From contig NC_083409.1 of NCBI RefSeq assembly GCF_020745735.1, positions 11,401,052-11,465,051 of the forward strand: a stretch of DNA of 64,000 nt, in the 5' to 3' direction. The stretch is from Hemiscyllium ocellatum. Its lineage: Eukaryota. Shown here piece by piece: positions 37,321 through 49,679 of this stretch. The translations under genes and the position numbers were made by a program. Each line of letters begins with the position of its first letter. Position 1 is the first letter of the stretch. Under the pieces are notes generated by a model. That model worked only from the letters and a program-made list of their open reading frames with translations. It was not told where the DNA came from and searched no databases.

Positions 37321-37506
37321 GTAAAAATCTCTCTCCTTCCACCTCGAATCTTTCGCTGCTCTCCATTTCACTCCAATTCCACTGACTTGTGGTTGAAGGG
37401 AAAATGCTGAAACCAGAGGATTGCTCAGTGTCTCCAACAATCTCTCATTTGACAGGCTCTTTCTGGGACAGTTCTGACTTCACTGTGTTTCTCTCTGACC
37501 CCTCAG

Positions 37507-37805
37507 GTATCAATGGGGACATCACCATGACCCAGTCTCCCCCGGTGCTGTCAGTGGGACTGGGCCAGACCGCAACCATCACCTGTAAGGCCAGTCAAAG
37601 CATTAGCAGCTACCTTGCTTGGTACCAGCAGCGAGAAGGTCAGAAACCCTCTCTCCTGATCTATGCTGCAACAACTCGATTCACAGGAGTCTCCGATCGA
37701 TTCACCGGCAGTGGATCAGGGACCAGTTTCACCCTGACAATCAGCAACGTTCAGAATGAAGATGTCGCTGACTATTACTGTCAGCAGGGTAGCAGCTACC
37801 CTCAA
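37507..37805 (+). CDS. IGKV: Intact germline Ig kappa-type V exon (V2)
   Basis: CAG acceptor; [99 protein letters not shown]. Cys23, Trp41 and Cys104 present, no stops. Confidence 0.97.
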
Positions 37806-37833
37806 CACAGTGACACAGAGCTGTACAAAAACC
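37806..37833 (+). promoter_or_regulatory. Consensus 12-RSS of V2
   Basis: CACAGTG + 12 nt + ACAAAAACC. A 12-spacer on V is the kappa-type configuration. Confidence 0.97.
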
Positions 37834-38269
37834 TCAACACGCACAACACCACCTCCTGGACTGACACATCGCACAGTTACATAAAATGTATAATAATGAA
37901 CACACAGTCTCACCGCCTGAAGTGATATATCCAGTTAGATCTGAATGAAACTGATCAAATTACCCCAAACTGGGATTTCCACTGTCCACGGCACACTCCA
38001 GTCCCTGTGGTGTCTCAACGCTCACTGAAGGCCTCAAGTTTCCCTCTTACACTACATGGCCACATGTGAAGAGCTGCCTCAAGATTTAACATCGAAAAAT
38101 AAATTTCACAAACCTCCCGAGCCCAGCTGGAAACAACCCAGAGAGACAGAGAGGGAAAGACACATGAATGAGGGAGAGACAGAGAGGGGCAGGGAGAGGG
38201 TGAGAGTGAGTGAGAGACAGACAGAGACAGAGAGAGGTTGACAGTGATAAGAGGGAAGCAGAGAGCTGA

Positions 38270-38308
38270 GGTTTTTGTACAGCCTCTGCACTGGGAGCTC
38301 TCACTGTG
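38270..38308 (+). promoter_or_regulatory. Consensus 23-RSS of J2
   Basis: GGTTTTTGT + 23 nt + CACTGTG. Confidence 0.97.
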
Positions 38309-38343
38309 GCTTACGTTCGGTAAAGGAACCAAGCTCAGACTGA
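38309..38343 (+). CDS. IGKJ: Ig kappa-type J segment (J2), LTFGKGTKLRL
   Basis: FGxG motif, phase-1 donor GTAAGT at 38344. Confidence 0.96.
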
Positions 38344-38553
38344 GTAAGTAAACCTCAATCCTCTGTTATTAACCCTTTCAATACTGAAACACACTTTCTA
38401 AAATACAGTTGCTGAATTGTTGAAGGTGTTAGTGGGAAGCTGCAGTGAATGAAATGGTTGATTGAGGAGCACTGTGTCTAACAGGGTGTCCAGCTGTATT
38501 TCTTTACTTTCATGCCCTCTTTAAAAAAAGCAAGATATAAGTCAGTAAGTTTT

Positions 38554-38795
38554 ACTCACCGTGTGGAGGAGCTCTGTCCATTTGCAGCCTGTGGTCCCAT
38601 TCCTGCAGCATGGAGTGAAATCAGTGAGTAGCCTCCTGCCAGTCTCAGTGTGACGGACACGGGCAGAGTTTGATGTGAGCTCTGGTTCCCTGTCCCAGTC
38701 TCTGATCTCACTGACCTCAGCAGCAGCAGCAGCAGCAGCAGCAGCACAGTGAGACACCGAGCTCCCACCTCCCCCAGCTTTAACTCTGCTCAATC
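38554..38795 (-). other. Antisense exon/promoter-like cassette in the J2-C intron
   Basis: Inverted twin of 1682-1923: (CAG)9 at 38718-38744, caaATGg start and CACG|GTGAGT donor on the - strand (38559-38554). Confidence 0.45.
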
Positions 38796-39197
38796 GCACA
38801 ATCACAGAATTGTTACAGTGCACAAGGTGGCCATTCCTTCCATCCTGTTTGGACTAGCTCTCTGAATGAGCAATTCACTGAGTGTCATTCTCCTGCCTTC
38901 TCCCTGTCACCCTGCACATTGTTCCTTTTCAGATAACAGTCTCATTCCCTTCGGAATGTTTCAATTGAAGCTGCCTCCACCACACTCTCAGGGAGTGCAT
39001 TCCACACCTTAACCACCCACTGGCTGAAAATGTTTTCCCTCATCTCACTTTGCTTACTTTTCCAATTACTTTCAATCTGTGGCCTCTCGGTCTCAATCCT
39101 TTCACAAGTGGAATCATTTTCTCCCTATTTACTCTGTTCCAGGCTCCTCCTGGTTTTGAATTTCTGGAACAATTCTCCTCGCTGCCTTCTCCAAAGA

Positions 39198-39399
39198 CTT
39201 GAAGGTGCCGGTTTTGGACTGGGGTGGACAAAGTTAAAAATCACACAACACCAGGTTATAGTCCAACAGGGGGTTTATTTGGAAGCACTAGCTTTCGGAG
39301 CGCCCCTCCTTCATCAAATGGTTGTCAGCGGCGTTCCAAAAGCTAGTGCTTCCACATTAACCTGTTGGACTATAATCTGATGTTGTGTGATCTGTAACT
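39198..39399. mobile_element. Palindromic mini-element (family B) with 11-bp TSD
   Basis: Arms ~39233-39272 and 39361-39400. TTCTCCAAAGA at 39187-39197 and 39400-39410. Absent from the left paralogue. Confidence 0.85.
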
Positions 39400-40293
39400 T
39401 TCTCCAAAGAAGACAGTCCCAGATTCTCCAATCTATCTTCATAACTGATATTCCTCATCCCTGGAATGATCTTTGTGCATATGTTTGCCAGCTCCACAAA
39501 ACATTAACCTCCTTCCTGTATTATTCACATTATTTATGTCCCTCATGATTTTATAAACCCCTATAAGGTCACTCCTCAGCCTCCGGCACTTCAGGGTAAA
39601 AGATCTCAGCTTTTCCAGCCTCTAATGGTCACGGAGTCATACAGCGTGGAAACAGATCTTTCAGTCTAACTTCTCCATGCTAACTAGATATCCAAAACTG
39701 ACCTCATCCCATTTGCCAGCATTTAGCCCACATCCCTCTAAACCCTTCCTATTCATGTACCCATCCAAACATCTTTTAAATGTTATAATTGTATCCGTCT
39801 CCAGCACTTTCTCTGACAGCTCAATCCATACACGCACCACCCTCTGTGTGACAAGTTACCCCTCAGGTCCCTTTTGGATCTTTTGCCTCTCATCTTAAAC
39901 CTATACCCTCTAGTTTTGGATTCCCTTTCCCAAGGCAAAGACCTGGGATGTACACCCTGTCCATGCCCGTCATGATTTTATAAACATCTATAAGGCCACC
40001 CCTCAGTCTCCGATCCTGCAGGAAAAATAACCCGTCTATTGAGCTTCTTCCGACAGCTCAAACCCTCCAGTTCCAGGCAACATCTATGTCAATCTTTTCT
40101 GCAGAATTTTAAGTTTAACAGCATCCTTCCTATCACAGGATGATCAGAATTGTTCACATTATTCCCAAATTTCCTGTACAGCTGCAAATGATGTCCCAAC
40201 TCTGATACTTAGTGCAGTGACCAATAAAGGCAAGTGTACTCAACATCTTCTTCATCTCCCTGTCTCCCTGTGACTCCACTGTCAAGGAATAAT

Positions 40294-40351
40294 GCCCCTG
40301 CCCCTGCCCCTGCCCCTGCATCTGCCCCTGCCCCTGCCCCAGCCCCTGCCC
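40294..40351. repeat. (CCCCTG)n hexamer repeat, G4-capable on the - strand
   Basis: Eight C4 runs plus one C3 run. Confidence 0.9.
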
Positions 40352-40483
40352 ATGCATCCTGAAGTCACTTTGTTGAGCAACACTCCACAGGGCCCCACCA
40401 TTAACAGTATAACTCCTGCCCTGGTTTGACTTTCCAAAATGCAACATCTCACATTTATTTAAATTGAACTCCATTTGTCACAC

Positions 40484-40696
40484 GTTTAGATCAGAGTGGT
40501 GCTGGAAAAGCACAGCAGGTCAGGCACCATCCGAGGAGCAGGAAAATTGACGTTTCAGGCAAAAGTCCTTCATCAGGATTCCTCTAGCCGAAACGTCGAT
40601 TTTTCTGCTCCTCGGATGCTGCCTGACATGCTGTGCTTTTCTAGCACCACTCTGATCTAAACTCTGGTTTCCAGCATCTGCAGTCTGCACTTTTGT
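40484..40696. mobile_element. Palindromic mini-element (family A) with 13-bp TSD and hammerhead core
   Basis: Arms 40484-~40560 and ~40590-40662. TSD CCATTTG(T/C)CACAC at 40471-40483 and 40697-40709. On the - strand, CTGATGA..GAAACGTC at 40576-40549. Confidence 0.85.
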
Positions 40697-40939
40697 CCAT
40701 TTGCCACACCTCTGCCCATTTCCCCAAATGATCAAGGTCCCACTGTACTCTCAGATAAGCTTCTTCACTATCCACCAATTTTGGTGTCATTTACAAACTC
40801 GCTATAATTCTTATATTCACATCCAAATCATTTCTTTAAATGATGAAAAGCCGTGGACCCAGCACCAATTTTTGTGGCACACAGCTGACATCTGATCTCC
40901 AGTCTGAAAAGCAACCCCTTACCATCACTCTCTGTCTCC

Positions 40940-43900
40940 TATCTTGAAGTCATTTTTTTTACCCAAATGGCTAGCTCCCCCTGGAGCCCATGTGGCCTAA
41001 CCTTACTAATCAGTCTATCATGTGGAACCTTGTCAAATGCTTTGCTGAAGTCCATATAGACAGTGTGTACTGTTGTGCCTACATCAATCTTCTCTTCAAA
41101 CAACCTCAATCACGTTCGTGAGACACGATTACCATGCACAAAACTGCATTGATTGTCCAAATGCATGTAAATCCTGTCCCTCAGAATTCACTCCAATAAC
41201 TTACCCAGCAATGACATCAGGCTCACTGGTTTATAGTTCCCTGGCTTTTCCTTAAATAATGGCTAACATTAGCCAACCTCTCTGTTCTCCAGAACCTCAC
41301 TCATGGCTGTCAATCAGAAACATACCTCAGCAAGGGATCCAGCAATCTCTTTCCTAGCTTTCCACAATGTCCTGGGATACACCTGATCAGGTCCTGGAGA
41401 TTTATCTACCGTCTTGCACTTTAAGAAATCCTCTTCTGTAATGTGGACTTGTGTCAAGACATTACTATTTACTTCCCAAGTTCCCAAATTTCCATGTCTT
41501 TCTCCATGATAAATACTGACCTGGAATAGTCATTTAAGACCTAAACCATTTCCTGTGGATCCACCCAGAGGTACATTGTTCATCTTCATGGGGCCCTATT
41601 CTCTCTCTAGTTACTCTTTTGCCCTTTTCTTATTTACCATAATTCTACCACTTTTGCCCTTGAGTAAGTTCAGGAATTGTTTGCCCTCCTTCAAATGTAT
41701 CTCGACTATACCTGGTCCACATCCTCTACTATTCTTTTCAGGACTTTCCTGCCAACCTTTGATCCAACTTTATTCAGATCTGAGACATCCATCTCCTATA
41801 GAAGCTGGCATTTTCCTCAGTGAAGATGTTTGACCCTGAAATGGCCTTTGTTCTTTTCTACCGTCACCCTCAACTTTGTGATACAATGATCACTCTTCCT
41901 TAAGTGTCCTCTCACTGACACTTGATCCACTTGGGCCTCCTCATTCCCAAGATCCAGATCTAGCAGAGCCTCCTTTCTCATTGGACTGGAAACATGCAGC
42001 TGGAGAAAATTCACATGAACACACTCTCACGACTCTGGCCTCTGTCTGTCCTTCACACTGCTACTACCCCAGTCTATATTCAGAAATTAAAGAAATTCCC
42101 CCCCCCCAACCCCATTTGTAATGACTATTATATTTGCAGGTCACTGTAAATTCCTTGCAAATGTATTCCTCTAAATCCTTCCCATTGGCTGGTGACTTAT
42201 TGACTGCACTGATGATTCTGTGGACCTTGGTGTTCCTCTCTGACAGTCCCTCCTGACTCCCACAGCCCTGCCAAGTTAGTTTAAACCCTCTCCAACAGCA
42301 CGAGTAGATCACCTCAAAGGAGCTCAGTGCCAGCTCTGTTCAGGAGCAACGCTGTCTGGTCTATCCAGGTCCCATCTCCCCCAGACCCAGTCCCGATGTC
42401 ACAAGAATCTAAAACCCTCCCTCCTGGATCCTCTTCCCAGCCACACAGTCACTTGTGTTATCCTCCTGCTCCTCTTGTCACTTGCCTGGGGCACTGGGAG
42501 TAATCTGAAGATTCCTACTTTTGAGTTCCTGATGTTATTTCCCTTCTGAGCTCCCTAAATTCTGACTGCAGGACTACATCCCTTTTCTCCATCTGTCACT
42601 GGGACCGATGTGGACCACGACTGCTGCCTATTCCCCCTCTCCCCTCAGGGTGCTCTGCAGTCGCTCAGTGACATCCTTGACGCTGGCACCAGGGAGACAA
42701 CACACCATCCTGGATTCCCATCTGCAGCTGCAGAAACACCTATCGATGCCCTCACTCTCAAATCTCCTTTTACGATCACTCTTCCAGTCTTGCTAATACC
42801 ACCCCACCACCCCTCACCCCCACACACCCCCTCCCCCCCACCGCCCCGGCAACCCCCCATTATAGCTGAGTCACCAGTGATGCCATGGACTTGGCTCTGG
42901 CTGCACTCTCCTGGTTGGAGAGTAGGATGCCTGGGGACTCCTATACTAGCTGCCTGATCCTTTTGGACTGTCTGCTGCTCCCCCATTCCCTCTCTCCCTG
43001 CATACTCTGAAGCTGCAGAGTGACCACATCTAGAAACGTGCTCTCCACGGAGCTCTCAGCCTCACAGACGCTCTGCACTGACACCAGCTGCTGCTCAAGC
43101 TCCGAACCCGGAGCTCCAACTGCTGTCACAGACCTCACTTCCTGTACTCATGGTATTCCAGGAGCTGGGAAACATTCTGAAATTCCCATATGGATGCACA
43201 CTCTCTCCACTCTTTGTTTGTCTCTTGGCAAATTTCTGATGACAAACAGCTCCAGCAGGGCTCACAGTCCAGTGGGTTCAGTGTTCCAGGGTTTTGGGGA
43301 AACTCTCCAGAAGTCTTTAAGAAACAGGAGCAGAAATCAGCCATTCAGCCCATTGAATCTGCTCTGCCATTTGATCTTGGCAGATATGCTTCTCACCCCC
43401 ATTCTCCTGCCTACTCCACAGGAACGTTCGATCCCCTTCACAATCACGAATCTATCTATCTCTGTCTTAAATACACTTAGTGACTTGGCCTCCCCTGCCC
43501 TCTGTAACAATGAGTTCCACAGATTCACCACCTTCTGGCTGAAGAAATTCCTCCTCACCTCAGCTCAAAAGGGTCGGCCCTTCATTCTGAGGCTGTGCCT
43601 TGGTTCCCGAGTCTGTCCTGCATCCACTCTATCCAGGCCGATCAGTATTCTGCAAATTTCAATCAGATCCCTCCTCATTCTTCTAAACTCCATCGAGTAC
43701 AGACACAGTGTCCTCAACCACGCCTCATATGACAAGCCTTGCATCCCCAGGATCATTCTTGTAAACCCCTCCTATGCCAGCACATTGTTTCTTAGAATAT
43801 GGGTCCCAAATCTGCTCACAATATTCAAAATGTGGTCTGACCAGAGCCTTACACTGCCTCAGCAGTACATCTCTGCTCTTGTATTCTGGCCCTATTGAAA

Positions 43901-46200
43901 TGAATGCGAACATTTCATTTGCCTTCCCAAGCACAAACTGGACCTGCCTGTTAAACTGAAGGGAAACCTGAATGTGGTTTGTGCTTTAGATTTCCAAAGG
44001 CTTTCCTCATTTAGCAAACAGTCTTTGCATCTCTTCTTCCCACCAAAGTGCATACCCTCACACTGTCACACATTGTGTTCTATCTGCCACTTCTTTGCCC
44101 ACTCTCCCAGCCTATCCAGGAGATTTTACAGCCTTCCCACTTCCTCAACACTACCTGTCCCTCCACCTATCTCATGTCACGTGCAAACTTAGCAACAATG
44201 TCTTCACTTCCTTCATCCAGATTGTTAATGTATAACGTGAATAGTTATGGCCATAACATTGACAACTGCAGAACTCTACTAGTCACCAGTGGCCATTGTT
44301 CCTCATGCTCTGCTTTATGCCAACCTGCCAGTCTTCAATCCATGCCACTACAATGCCACTAATACTGTGGGCGCTTATCTTATGTCAAATGCCTTGTGGA
44401 AATCCAAAGAGATTACTTCCTCGGACTCTCCTTTGTCTGACTGGCTCATTGCCTCCTCAAAGAATTCTAACAGATTTGCCAGGCATGACGTCTCCTTGAT
44501 GAAGCCATTGCACTTCCAATCCTCTGCAATTTCATCCTTAAATTGAAGTCTAAAACCTTACCAACAACTGAGTCCTGGCTAACTGGCTGATAATGTCCCA
44601 CCTTCTACCTCCGTCCCTTCTGAAACAGGGGTGGTATGTGAGCCATTTTCCTGTCCCTTGCCCCCACCAAATCCGTCCCCATCTCACCTCCATACCCTGA
44701 CTCCATTGATTACTGAACGATCATCACCAATGCCTCCACAATCTCCTCAGCGATCTCCTTCAGAACACATGGGTGTAGTTCATCCAGTCTGGTTGCGTTA
44801 TGCATATTCAGACCTTTCAGCTTCCCCAGTACCTCCTCCTTAGTGATGGCCACTACACTCCCCTCCGACCCCTGACAGTCTTGAATTACTGGTACACTGC
44901 TGGTGTTTTCCATGGTGCAGACTGGGGCAAAATATCTATTCAATTCCTCTGCTATTCCTTCATTTCCTGTTATTCTTTCTCCAGCCTCATTTTCCAGTGA
45001 TCCATAGTCTATTTTTGACTCCCTCTTCCTTTTTATACACCTGATAAAACTCCTGCAATCTTCTTTTATATTACTGGCTAGATAACTCCCACATTTCACA
45101 TTCTCCACCCTTAATGCTTTTTCAGTTATCCTCTGCAGGTTTTTAAAGGCTTCCTAATCCTCGGGCTTCCCACTATTCTCCACCACATTGAGTTACCTTT
45201 ACTCAACTGAAATACTGTTCAATCTGATTGCAACTTCTCCCTCTCAAACTACAGGGGGAATTCTATCGTATTATGGTCACTTATCCACAGGGATACTTTC
45301 ACCTTAAACTCACTAATCAAGTTTGCCTCAATACACATCACTGAATCCAGACCTGCCAGTTCCATAATGGCTCAACCACAAGCTGCTCCAAAATCATCGA
45401 CATTCCATGAAATCCTTTCCTTGAGATACACTACCCAGCCCACCTATCCGTTGAAGTCTGCCCTGACATTTTCTGTCTCCTAATTGATTTCCTTCCCCAC
45501 ACCCTGGTCACTGCTTGGAGACCTGGACATAACTTGCATCAGATTCTTTATTTATTGCAGTTCCTCAGCTCTACCCACACAGATTCTACACCTTCTAACT
45601 CTACATCACTTCTTGCTATTGATTTAATTTCATTTCTCACTAACAAGGCAACTCTTCCCCCTCTGCCCATCTGCCCGTCCTTTTGATAGGACATGTAACC
45701 TTGGATATTTAGTTCCCAGCCCGAATTCCCTTTCAGCCATGTCCCTGTGATACCCACAACATCGTACCTGCCAGTTTCAATCTGTACTACCAGCCCATTG
45801 TGTATATTGTGTGCATTTAAGTACAACACCCTTAGTCCTGCATTGATTGCTCTCCTTCCCATCATTGTCCCCTTATCTGCTGTGCTTTATGTTCGATTCC
45901 TGATCCTTTCTGTACTCTCTGTCCTTTTACATCTTCTAGAAAAATGAATAACCTTTCCTGAGCCCTCCTCAACTTTAACTAGTTTAAATTCCTTGGAAAC
46001 TCAATTTACCTGGATTTGTGACATCACTTTGTCAACCTTACTCAGAATGCTTTGTGCATTTAGATACAAACTCTTTAAGTTTGTTCTATTATTGATTTTC
46101 CCTGCACTTTTATGATTCCTTTGATATTCAAAAATTCCATCCCTTTCTTTTATTTTTTGGTAACAATCAATCCCATCACTAACCAGCAATCCTACCTTCT
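40940..46200 (-). mobile_element. Multiple decayed CR1 LINE segments in the J-C intron
   Basis: RT (43337-43934, 44710-45108), endonuclease (45548-45865 YDVVGITGTWL..GGRVALL), esterase/ORF1 remnants (42300-43140). Confidence 0.8.
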
Positions 46201-46269
46201 CCTTTACCTTCCATTTTCTCATTTTCCATCCAACTGAACCAAATTACTTTCTCTTTGGGTTGAGTTCAG

Positions 46270-46440
46270 GCCAATATTTATCGTTGAGCCAACATCATTA
46301 TTGGTCTTTGATCTCATTGATTCTAGTGGGATCTTGCTGTGCAGAAACTGGCTGCCACGTTACTGACATTGCAACAGTGACTGCTTGTCAAACAAAACTG
46401 TCTGTAAATGTCTTTGGGAGAGCCTGATGTGTTAAGGGCT
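46270..46440 (+). mobile_element. Deu-domain SINE fragment
   Basis: GGCCAATATTTAT..CAACATCA..GGGATCTTGCTGTGC, recalled as the DeuSINE core. Related copy at ~47150-47350. Confidence 0.5.
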
Positions 46441-46459
46441 GGATTGAAATACAATTAGA

Positions 46460-47100
46460 GTCAGAGGGATGGACAGTACAGAATCAGACCCTTTGGTCCA
46501 ACTCGTCCATGCTGACCAGATATCCGAAATTAATCGAGTCCCACTTGCCAGCATTTGGCCCATATCCCTCTAACATCTTTCTATTTACATACCCATGCCT
46601 TTTAAATGTTGTAATTGTACCAGCCTTCACCACCTCCTCTGGCAGCTCATTCCATACATTTAACACCCTCTGATTGAAAACGTCCCTTAGGTCCCTTTTA
46701 AATCTTTCCCCTGTCACCTTCAGCCTATGCCCTCCAGTTCTGGACTCCCCAACTCTGGAGAAAAAATCTTCTCTATTCACTCTATCTATGCCGCTCATGA
46801 TTTTATAAACCTCTGTACGATCACCCATCAACCTGCAATGATCCAGGGAAAACAGCCTCAGCCTATTCAGCCTCTCCTTTTCATGCAAACCCTCCAACCT
46901 TGGCAACATCCTTGCAAATCATTTTAAGATTCGCAACATTTTTCCTACAGCAAGGAGAACTGAATTGCACACAGTATTCCAAAAGTGCCCTAACCAATGT
47001 CCTGTACAGCCGCAACAGCTCCCAACTCCAATACTCAATGCTCTGACAAATAAAGGAAAGCAAACCAAATAACTTTGTCACTTCCCTATGTACCTGCAAC
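46460..47100 (-). mobile_element. CR1 LINE 3' fragment
   Basis: ORF 46484-46909 LPRLEGL..ERLNRLRLFSL..FNQRVLNVWNELP. Confidence 0.85.
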
Positions 47101-48204
47101 TTCATCTTCAAGGAACTATTCTTCATTTTTTGGAATAACTGAGAGTCTTTCAGTTGTGAAAGATGCCATTCCATGGCACTATTGGATGAAGAGCAGGCAG
47201 TTCCCCCTGGTGTCCCTGGTCAATATTTATCCTCCAGTCAAAATCACTCAGAATGTATTTCTCTGCTAATTATCACATGGTGTTTGGGATCTCGCTGTGC
47301 ACAGTCTGCTGGAAAGATCCAGTGGGACACCCTGAGTTGGGGACAGGTGCTACACAAGTGCAAGTCTTTCTTGAAGGTTGGAGTCTCCTGATCAGGATCC
47401 TCATCCATTGTCTGCGCACTCTCACCTTCCAGGAGTCATGGGGTCATTAGGAGCAGTGACCCTGTCTGACCCTAGGACACTGAGACTCTTTGCAGCCTCA
47501 CCCTTGACCTCAGCCCAATAGTGTGCAGCAAGGTTTGAAATATAATCTAGAATCTTCTACACAGACACCCCAACGTGATTCTTTCCTGACGTGTGTGGAT
47601 CCGAGTCTTCTCCAATGTTCTTGGATAAAGTTCTCCTGATCTGTGGGTAATCGGAGGTTTGTTAAAGAGATACCACGCTCCATCCCACTTTCCAGCTCTT
47701 GCTCCATAGCTCTGGAAGTTTTGCTGTTTCAAGTGAACATCTAAGTGTTTTTTCAATGTGATGAGGGTTTCTGCCTCTCCCACCCTTTCAGACAGTGAGT
47801 CCCACATCCCACCAAGCTCTGGGTGAAAACAAAGACCCTCAACCCCCCTCTAATCCTGCCCCAACTGATTTCAATCTCTCCCCATGGTTATTGCCCTCTG
47901 TGCTGGTGGAAATCAGTCCTTCCTACCCACTCTGTCCAGGCCCCTCATCATTTTACACACCACCATCAAATCTCCCCTCAGCCTCCTGTGTCCCAAAGAA
48001 AACAGTCCCAGCCAATCCAATCATTCCGCAAAGCTCAAAGTCCCCACTCCAGACAAACTCCTCCTCTGTCCCCATCTCTAATGGAATCACATACTTCCTG
48101 TATGTGGTGACCAGAACCGTACACAGTTCTCTCACTGTGCTCTAACTGGGGTTTTATACAGTTCCAGAATAAACAAACACCTTGCTTTCACAGTCAACCA
48201 AAAA

Positions 48205-48545
48205 TGAGATAAGGGAGGTGATGGTCTAATGGTGTTATTGCTGAGCTGTTAATCGAGAGATCCAGATAATGTTCTGGGGACCAGGGTTAGAATCCAGCAG
48301 ATGGTGGCATTCAAATTCATTCAAAACAACATCTGCAATTAAGAGACTAATGATGACCATGAAACCATCGTTGATTGTCAGGAAAAAGCATCTGATTCCC
48401 TTATGTCCTTTAGGGAAGAAAACTGCCATCCTTACCATGTGACCCCAGACCCACAGCAATGTGGGTGACTCTAAACTGTCCTTTGGGTGATTAGGGATGG
48501 GCAATAAATGCTGCCGATCCAGCAATGCCCTCATTCCATCAAGGG
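48205..48545 (+). mobile_element. tRNA-derived SINE of a second family
   Basis: GGAGGTGATGGTCTAATGG..GGGTTAGAATCC head, GGGATGGGCAATAAATGCTG tail. Confidence 0.6.
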
Positions 48546-49679
48546 AAAAGGAAAAACAGTTTATCCCATGTGTCTTCTGAACCACCTCACTGACCTGCAT
48601 TAATCACCATGGCCACATCTTCCACCTCCACACCCATCTGACTTCCAGCTTCAAAATGATGAGAGACATTCCTTCATTATCTGAGAAACAGATAGAAACA
48701 TCAAACACAGGAGCAGCAGTAGGCCATTCGGCCCTTCAAGGCCTGCTCCACCCTTCAATATGATCATGGCTGTTCATCCAACACAGTCCCCTGTTCCTAC
48801 TTTCTCCCCACATTCTTTGATCCCTTTAATCCTAAGAACTGTATCTAATTCCTTCTTAAATACACATTGCATCTAATTCCCTTTTGCTGGAAAAATGGAT
48901 GACAATTATTGGGTTGTTGTTTTTTGACCAGTATGGACACAATGGGCTGATGGGTCTTTTGGGCCCCTATGACTCTATTGTTATTTATTATGAATAACTG
49001 GGTATCAAGGACTGACCCTGTGGCACTCTAAGTTGTTATTACCTGCCATTCAGAAAAAGACTCATTCTTTCTGTGCTGCCTGCCAACCAGTTCCCAATCC
49101 ATGTCAGTACATGAACCCCAATCCTCTTGTTTCTTTGGTCTAGATGTGGGAGTCCCACCCTTACTCATTGTGGGAACAGATTCTGAACAGTCTGTCTCAT
49201 CCTTCGAGGGCTCCCACTGCCCTGACACTGATTTCTCATCATGCCATTGGTTCCGATCCACTTTTACCAAAGCACCGCACAGTTTAGTAAAATGAAAACT
49301 TTTACACTTGCTCCATGATTCTCCATTTCCATTCCTCCTCTCAATCTCACTGAGTTCTAATCAGTGTCACTAAAATGCTTCCCCATCGATAGCCCTTCCA
49401 GCTTCCCACATTCATTCCATAACTGATGGTCCAAAATTGTCCCTTCTCTCTCTGCTGCTTCACCATCACCTTCTCAGGGACATCTAGGGACGGTAATGAA
49501 TGCTGGCCCTGCCAGTGACACTCAGATCGCAAGAAGCAATTTGAACAGTGTCTGTTCATTTGTTGGGTTTATTCTGTATTGACTAAGAATGTTCAAAAAG
49601 ATCGTATTGTCAGTGAATATTGTGAGGGTTGAATTCCCTTCAAATGTCAGGGATTAAAATTGTTTCTTTTGTCTTTCAG

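Larger units (their letters stand above)
38795..40940 (-). mobile_element. CR1 3' fragments (paralogue of 1-1682) carrying two later hairpin insertions
   Basis: Reverse complement aligns by eye to 1-1682, apart from the insertions at 39198-39399 and 40484-40696 and the repeat expansion at 40294-40351. Confidence 0.85.

Noticed and set aside
37507-38343. Possibility of a germline-joined VJ, as occurs in some shark L-chain clusters
   Set aside because: V and J are separated by ~500 bp with both RSSs intact. The left cluster is also split.
38745-38751. Isolated CACAGTG heptamers (also 58105-58111)
   Set aside because: No nonamer at 12 or 23 spacing.
43020-43898. 292-aa ORF, the longest in the window
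   Set aside because: Antisense to fragmented CR1 sequence and spanning several TE pieces; no recognisable domain.
49028-49270. Minus-strand ORF in unique sequence near the C exon
   Set aside because: No convincing splice sites or recognisable homology; insufficient evidence.
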